The notes beneath the pieces are model-generated. The model made no database searches. It was not told the DNA's origin and was given only the letters and a program-made list of their open reading frames with translations. Source: Octopus vulgaris (Eukaryota). From it: a stretch of 64,000 bases of DNA. How positions within the stretch are numbered: the first letter of the stretch is position 1; each line of letters opens with the position of its first letter. The position numbers and the translations under genes were made by a program. The DNA is taken from positions 116,064,001 through 116,128,000 of the forward strand of contig OX597814.1 of assembly GCA_951406725.2 (NCBI GenBank), written 5' to 3'. Shown piece by piece: positions 56,130 to 64,000 of the stretch.

Positions 56130-56440
56130 AGCGAGGGGCCGCAAAGTGCCTTGTGGTATTTGTCTCGTTTCTTAACGTTCTCAATTCAGATTCCACAGTG
56201 GTCAACTTTAACTTTCATTCTTCATAGATCGATAAAATAAAGACACCGATATGTCTTAAGGGAATGGATTGTCATTAATAATGACCCCATTGCTTAACTG
56301 TTACTTTATTTTATGGCCCCTAAAAGAATGAAGGACAAAAATCAATCGCGGTGGGATTTGAACTCGAATTGTTAACAGTTAGAACAATGCTGCAAAGCAA
56401 ATTGTCCGGTATTCTAACAATTCTGCCAGCTCTTCGCCAT
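56130..56440. mobile_element. Two degraded family B SINEs in opposite orientation
   Basis: Plus strand AACGTTCTCAATTCAGATTCC..TTTCATTCTTCATAGATCGATAAAAT, then minus strand GAATGAAGGACAAAA..GATTTGAACTC..TTCTGCCAGCTC. Confidence 0.5.
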
Positions 56441-56683
56441 CGCCCTCATTCTTATCACCGACATATCCACCATGATTCATAATTCATCGTTTTCTCCACC
56501 TCCTGCTTTTTCTTCTTCTTTGTCTTCTTCAATGCTGTTCCAATGAGCTATCAGAATTACCGCCACTTTTGAGGTATATTAGTAGAACTTCATTTTTGTG
56601 TGGACAAGAAAAATATAAAAAGAAACAAAACAAACACACACACACACACGGTAATACACAACGCACCCACACGTACACACACG

Positions 56684-56765
<82 letters not shown>

Positions 56766-57545
56766 ACCAAATATTTCTACTCTGTTTACCATGAAGTCAA
56801 ATCAATTTCATTGAGTGACGAGACTTAAATGGTTCAAATGATTTCCAACTTAAGAAAAAACAACATTAAATAACATGAAAAACAACTCAGTAAATTGATG
56901 GCTTTTTCATCGCTAAGAGGAAGAATTCTTCGATGTTATCTGTAAAACTGCCGAAGTGGTTTTTGAAAATCCGCAAATTTGCTTCTGTGATCTTGATTCG
57001 GTTTATTTTTTTTGCTTTATTGAATCAAATTTTTGCTGCTCAGATTACCTGAATCGCAATTTCTTACCATTTTTCTTAAGTGTGAGAATTTTCGCATCTA
57101 AACAAAACGATTGTGCCATATACTTTTTTTTCCAGATTCTATAAAACGGAGGTTGCGATGTAAAAAGCCACCTGCTTACTGAACCGTAATAGTAAGTTGA
57201 AAGTTGTCTTTTATCATGGATTATTTCAATGAAGTGATAATAAGTGGTATATTGACTATAAAAAAAAAAGGAACAATTCGATGAAAGTATCTCGAGTATA
57301 ATCGCAAGTTCGATTACCTGGCTTCACAATGCCGCTGTATTTCTTTGTGAACTGAAGATCATATTTATATCCAGTTCATTAGCTTTCGATATTCAATTTA
57401 TACGCTATGTCACAAACTTTAGCAAGAGTTTGATCGTCACAGCCCCTTTATAAATCGTATCTTTTCATGCATTGTGCATGTGTAAGTGGATGCAGGCGAG
57501 TGTGCTTGAATGCGTGTCTATATATAACGTGCATGTGAGTGTATT

Positions 57546-57576
<31 letters not shown>

Positions 57577-57781
57577 AAGAAAGAGAGAGAAATCTGATAT
57601 GCATAAAAAAATCTGACGATCAGTATATTACGTATATGCAAAGATAGATGATACATCTTCAAATAATACAGTCCGACTTGGATTTATTTTAGTATTTCTA
57701 TTATCACCAACAGTAACAGTTATCAACATATGTGCGTATTACTTGTTGTGAATGCATGCATTGAATACGACTGAATATGGC

Positions 57782-57877
<96 letters not shown>

Positions 57878-58114
57878 CTTGTATGGGCGTGTATTCAAAC
57901 ACTGATTCGTGTCGAAGGAATCAAAGAGGAAGAATCAATATTTGTGTGCAGTTTATGGTTTATTGAAACTAAATGTTTATCTCGTGGTGTGTGTTGTACT
58001 CTACTAGGACTTCCACGTTTTCTATTCTGAAGATTGCTTTGGCATGAAACTCGAGTGCACCACACAGAGAAATACTCGCAAAGATGTATGCATGTACATG
58101 TAAAATACATTTAG

Positions 58115-58160
<46 letters not shown>

Positions 58161-58439
58161 CTATATGTATAGCGGCCTGTTAAGGGTCACCTCTTTCTGT
58201 GCTTAAATGAACACTAATTTTATATGGAAAATATTTTGTCTATTGACTTTTTATACATGCTAGGCCATTTGTAGTTAAATTCCTATAATTTTGCTTCCCT
58301 ATATTATTTTAAGTATACACACACAAACACATACACACACACGCACACACACTTATATACATACATACATACGTACACACATACATGCACACACATACAT
58401 ATATACATACATACATACATACATACATACATACATACA

Positions 58440-58474
<35 letters not shown>

Positions 58475-58930
58475 TTATCCGCATGTATACACGTACAGGG
58501 CATTTGTTTATATACGCATATATAAATGATTACATATTCACATATACATGTTTATATGTATATACACGCACACATACATATATATGTATACATATACATA
58601 TATACGTTATGTCTATCTATCTATCTTAAGTGAAATAAGGCAACAAGCAATGTCGACTACATGGTACACGAAGAGAGAACAATTTAAATGAGGATAACTT
58701 AAGTATATGTATGCAAGCTATGATTGGTTTCAACTTTCAAGACCTTTCTGAACCTAAGTCATTCCCAATAGGTTACTAATCACAATCTTCACTTATTCTT
58801 AGAAAACAAAAGCAGTAATGGTGGTTACTCGTCGAAGCTGAGACAAAAAAGAAATCATAAGAAGAGAAGGCCGAAGACCAGTGACCATGACTCTGGAGGT
58901 AATTTAATTAGATTCTTTTCCCTAATTCTA

Positions 58931-59813
58931 TGAGGTGGTATCAAAAGCGCCCCGGACTAGTTGTGTAGTGCCAATAGATGGCAGCACGATTGTGTGCGCA
59001 ATGAGAGTTTGCAGTGACTCTCATGAGGCAATGTGCCGCGTGATATTGTTGTGTTTACTTCGCAAGTTCAGAAATTTGTGTTTTTGTGATCACGTGTTTG
59101 CTAAAGTCTGCGATTTTGTCATGGACAAGAAGTTGAAACAAAGAGCTACTGTGAAATTTTGCGCAGGAAGTCTGCTAAAGAGACATTGAGCATACTTTGG
59201 TAAGCTTACGGTGATGAAGCACTGGATCGTATGCAACGTTTCAAGTGGCACGGTCGGCTAAAAAGCGAAAGAACGACCCTGGAAGATGATGAGAAATTTG
59301 GAGGACCTGCCACGAGTGTCACTCCTGGAAATATGTTATTATGAATCGAGAATTTGTCCTCCAAGGCCAGACCGTCAATCGACAGTTCTACTGCGACGTT
59401 TTGAAGCATTTGAGAGGGCAGACATTCGGTTAAGCAACCGGGTTTGTAGAATGCAAAGAATTGGATTCTTCACCGCGCTCTCCTTACTCGTGAGTTTCTC
59501 ACCAAAAACAACATGGTATCGCTTCTGCACCCGCCCTATTCACCAGGTCTAACACATGCCGACTTCCGTCTCTTCAACAAGATGAAGAGCAGCTCAAAGA
59601 TCGCTGTTTTAACGTCGTTGTCAAGATCCAGAGCGAATCGCAGAAGGTTCTCGATTTGCTTAGGGAAAACAACTTCCAGGCCGGATTCCAAAAATGGTAG
59701 GAATTCCGGGATCGGTGTATTGCTCAATGTAACTATTTTGAAGATGATGTTTAAACTTAAAAGTTATCTTTTATTAAACATAACTAGTCCTGAAACTTTT
59801 TGGGACCACCTCG
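58931..59813 (+). mobile_element. Internally deleted mariner (Tc1/mariner) transposon
   Basis: TA TSDs at 58929-30 and 59814-15. Imperfect ~30-bp TIRs (TGAGGTGGTATCAAAAG..GGACTAGTT / AACTAGTCC..TTTTTGGGACCACCTCG). Transposase remnants MDKKLKQRATVKFC, AYGDEAL, LEDDE and HPPYSPGLTHADFRLF. Confidence 0.9.
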
Positions 59814-60592
59814 TATGGTTAAGAATGGTAAGAACTTGTCATTGATTAAAGGGTTTAGGTCCAATAAGTCTTTCACAACACCTCACAGACCCTCTCCGCC
59901 TAAGTGACATGATTAGAGACACATCAGGGTAAGAAATACAATGAAAATGGGGTTGCAGACTTAGGAATGTGGGACCTCCATGAATCCAAGCGCAAGAAAA
60001 AAATTCCCCAAAATTTCAATGCCATTCTCTGCATATCTGCTTTATATCAGAGAGGCCTTCGCTTTTGTATCAGAGTGGACCTTCTCAAGTGGATTTCGCC
60101 AAGAACGAACCTAATACAAGTTAAGTGCTTTATCAAACCCTGTGGTCTTGCAGCATACCAGACTACAGCCTGGAATTTATCAGGGCCCATGATAATGTTA
60201 GATATTCATTGAACCTACATAAGGTTCACCCGTCCTTTTGGGTTCCAAGCAACGCTCATCATCAAGCTTGTCTAGTGTAGGTGCCATTTTAGTCACCGAC
60301 GATCCGACCATGCAACATGTAGCACTGGATTCCATTTTACCAGTTGTAAAGTGATCACGCGCAAACACACACACTCACCCATACCCCAATGTATATATAA
60401 ATATAAATATATATATACATATATATATATTTTTTTTTAGAAATTTCTGTCGGCTTTCTTCGAAACACGTGCTTGTAGTAATAAATTACATGGTTATTGA
60501 CGTTGTGTCTATTTTCGGTATATTTTGGCATTAGAATTCTTTTCTTTTGCCCTTACTTATAAATTATATATATAGATATACATATACATACA

Positions 60593-60693
<101 letters not shown>

Positions 60694-60744
60694 AATATTA
60701 AATTTCTAAATATCTCGTTGAGATACGTACGGTGGTGGAGCGAT

Positions 60745-61136
60745 AGAGTGGTTGTATACTGTCAACTTAACGTGACAGTCCTGTAAGGGAATTACTCACC
60801 GCTGTTTAGCCCTAGGAAGCATCGACGCTTCCTGTCGGCCTTGACACATTTCCTGTGTCCTTATATATTTACGAAGGGGAGACAAACACCCCCAACAGCT
60901 AGGCCTGCATCTAGAGACATGCATGTTTCTGGGTCTTGCCCATCATCAGACCCAGAAACATGCATGTCTCTAGATGCAGGCCTAGCTGTTGGGGTGTTTG
61001 TCTCCTCTTCGTAAATATATGACACAGAAAATGTGTCAAGGCCGACAGGAAGCGTCGATGCTTCCTAGGGCTAAACAGCGGTAGTGTAATTCCCTTACAG
61101 GACTGTCACGTTAAGTTGACAGTATACAACCACTCT
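60745..61136. mobile_element. Fold-back element (~190-bp near-identical arms, 11-nt loop) with a hammerhead at the centre, family H6
   Basis: Minus strand: CTGATGA(60949-60943)-TGGG caaga CCCA-GAAA-CATGCATG-TC. Arms 60745-60936 and 60948-61136; microsatellite-flanked. Confidence 0.85.
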
Positions 61137-61152
61137 CTCTCTCTCTCTCTCT

Positions 61153-61191
<39 letters not shown>

Positions 61192-61201
61192 TGTGACCTT
61201 G

Positions 61202-61274
<73 letters not shown>

Positions 61275-61281
61275 TATATAT

Positions 61282-61482
61282 ATAGTATGTGACCTCGTCT
61301 GTATCACTAGCGATTTTTTTCCCTCTGTCTTCCCTTCTCGGGACCTTTCCTTCACCTATGTTTCTGACGAAGAGCTCCGCTCGAGACGTCAAACCCTCCT
61401 TCTTCCCTTCTTTCCTGAGCGTCCAATAATACTTTATTTGTTCCACGTCCTTGCGTTGTTGTCTTTTTGTTTTCTTGTTTGG

Positions 61483-61485
<3 letters not shown>
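61282..61485 (+). mobile_element. Hammerhead-bearing repeat, family H5
   Basis: GTTT-CTGACGA(61364-61370)-aGAGC tcc GCTC-GAgA-CGTC-AAAC, with stem I GTTT/AAAC. Lies between (TA)n tracts. Confidence 0.75.
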
Positions 61486-61526
<41 letters not shown>

Positions 61527-61529
<3 letters not shown>

Positions 61530-61721
61530 CCACGTGTGTATCGTTGGCGATTTTCTTTCTCCGGCTTCCCTTCCTTGGACTTTTCCTTTCTTCTATATTT
61601 CTGACGAAGGGCTCCGTCTGGAACCTTAAATCCTCCTTCTTCCTTTCCTGAGCGTCCAATAACACTATACTTAAATCCACGTCCTCGCATTGTTGTGTTT
61701 TCTCTTTGTTCATGTTTGGAT

Positions 61722-61726
<5 letters not shown>
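61527..61726 (+). mobile_element. Hammerhead-bearing repeat, family H5 (decayed core)
   Basis: ATTT-CTGACGA(61601-61607)-AGGGCTCCGTCT-GGAACCTT-AAAT; tandem with the previous copy across (TA)n. Confidence 0.7.
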
Positions 61727-61802
<76 letters not shown>

Positions 61803-62409
61803 GTGTGTGTGCATGTGTATGCATGTATGTATGTTTTTGTGTGTGTATACTGGAGGTAAATAGACTAGGCAATAATACAGAGCCAAAATTCAGTATTTAA
61901 ATCAACAGTCCTCGAACCTGAATATATCTATACACGCAGAAGATGTTTGGATTGCTCAGAATCTTGACTTCAAGCGTAAACCTGATTGCATAGGACAACT
62001 ACGGCAACTATAAATACTTTATATTCTCAAAGCAAAAGTCTTCATTGAGGGCATTTATAGTTCGGTACCACAAATAAACAAGCACAATGCATATTTACAT
62101 AAAACACACATACACATGTATATATATATATGTATATAAGTGTGTGTATGTATGTATGTATGTATTCCAGCGTTTCTCTTGCTTGACAAGTGAGTTAAAC
62201 GAATGAACCCAATTTGTTGAAACTGGAGAAAAAATAACATGGCAGATGAGTCATGTTCAACGTTTAAAAACACACATATAACACTGCGTTCGCTTTTGTT
62301 TTATTTCTTAATAGTATTATCCTGCACTATAAAATGCTAAAAAGGATTCATTGCACACCTGCGACTATATCAATGATCCAATTGTGCTTCATTCATTGCA
62401 CATTCAGGA

Positions 62410-62651
62410 ATACGTACATGCATACGTATATACACACAAGCATACATACATTCATATATATATATATACATGCATTCATAATACATATATATATATATAC
62501 ATATATATGTGTGTGTGTGTATATATGTGTATGCATATATATATGTATGTATATATATGTATATATATGTATATATATGCATATATATGTATGTATATAT
62601 ATATATATGCATATATATGTATGTATATATATATATATATGCATATATATG

Positions 62652-62691
<40 letters not shown>

Positions 62692-62720
62692 GTATACATA
62701 GATATATACATACATATATA
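62410..62720. repeat. Compound TA-rich microsatellite
   Basis: Direct inspection. Confidence 0.9.
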
Positions 62721-64000
62721 TTCATGAAGGTCATAAAGCAAATTGATATTCTGGCTTTACAAATCCTACTCTCATTTTATGCCCCCTAAGTTTTACCTAT
62801 CTATCTATCTATTTATGTATGTATGTATCTCTCTATCTCTCTGTCTATATCTTTCTGTTTACCTTTCGCCTCCTTTTCTCTATGTGACCGTCCATGTATT
62901 CTTCTATCCTTATTTATTTTGTACTTATTGGATATACAATTTCTCTACGCCCTCATACTTCTCTATATTACACATGCACGTCTGTGCATGTGTGTCTATG
63001 ATGCTGCGTGGTGTATTTGTAGTAGGAATGCGTATGTTTATGAAGATGTTTATGTGCGTGTACTTGTGCATCTAAATTGCAATTTTCCTTCTTATAGTCA
63101 GTAAATGTGTACCGTGAGAAAATGTCTTAATAACCTCTACAACTGCCCAAATCCCTTGGATTAGTAATGTATGAATATATGACATTAACGTCAGTTGTCA
63201 AACGAAATAATATTCTTTAGTTAAATATATTGGCTTCTTTTCTAGTGATTTTCCTTCTCAAATTATATTTATTCTTCCTCCCACATTCTCCCACATTAAG
63301 ACATTTGGTCTCAATGTTTGCTTTCGTGGCGATCAACATTCTTTTTTTTTTAGCGTTTCTTTTTCTTCTTTGAAGCAATGGCTGCTTTCTTTGATTAAAA
63401 TAAAACCAGAAATGATACTGCCAACTATAGGCTTATATGTACTATCAGAATTTGATTGGGAAGCATGATTACTGATAAGGATATCTTTTTTTCTTTCCTC
63501 TGTATATTCCATCTTCAAACAGATGTCGGAAATTTCTGACGAATTCCAGTCACCATTATACGAGTAATTATCATTTGCTGTGTCTCATGTACAGATAGGG
63601 AGAAGGAGAAAAAAATAATACCATCTCCAACAAAACTAAGTAAAACATAAAATACTTCGAAACGTGGAGCACATTAAGAACATGGAATCCTGGAATTAAA
63701 AAAATATGGCGCATGAGATAATTAAAAGGCAGCAAGGAGAAAACTTCTCCAATGAATATCGACTTAATCTGCCACAAAACACGGCTGTCATAAAACTAGC
63801 ATCACCAAGGCAGTTTTATGTTTCGTGTTTTATTCTTTCTGTATATGCTTTTTCGTTGACTGGTTCTATGGAGAATGTAATACCCACAAAAATAGAGTAT
63901 TAACTTGGCCGAAGTAAAATATTATACAATCTAGAGTTTTTTTTCTTTAAAAATAAAAGGTGAAAAGGAAAGAAGATAATAGAAGAAGGAGGGAAAGAAT

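Overview
Eukaryotic, AT-rich, extremely repeat-dense DNA. The SINE families and the mass of (TA)n/(CA)n/(TAA)n tracts point to an octopus or other coleoid cephalopod genome (inference). Only one convincing gene is present: a minus-strand multi-pass membrane protein of the TMEM121/CECR6 family (main exon 11963-13051). It probably has an in-frame 45-codon first exon about 25 kb upstream (38092-38226). Nearly all other ORF-track calls are microsatellite or SINE artefacts. The rest is mobile DNA: three or more tRNA-derived SINE families, three non-autonomous Helitrons, a deleted mariner, TTAA-MITEs, CR1-group LINE fragments, and a (TAA)n-targeted cluster of two Dong/R4 remnants plus two copies of a 550-bp non-coding element. 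The most striking signal is about 10 short elements, mostly in (TA)n tracts and from about seven different sequence families. Each carries a minimal type I hammerhead ribozyme motif (CTGANGA-stem II-GAAA, usually followed by a palindromic stem III and NUH). Several occur as fold-back palindromes whose centre lies in or beside the ribozyme. They look like Penelope-like pLTR or retrozyme-like units; one has a U3-A8 compensated core.
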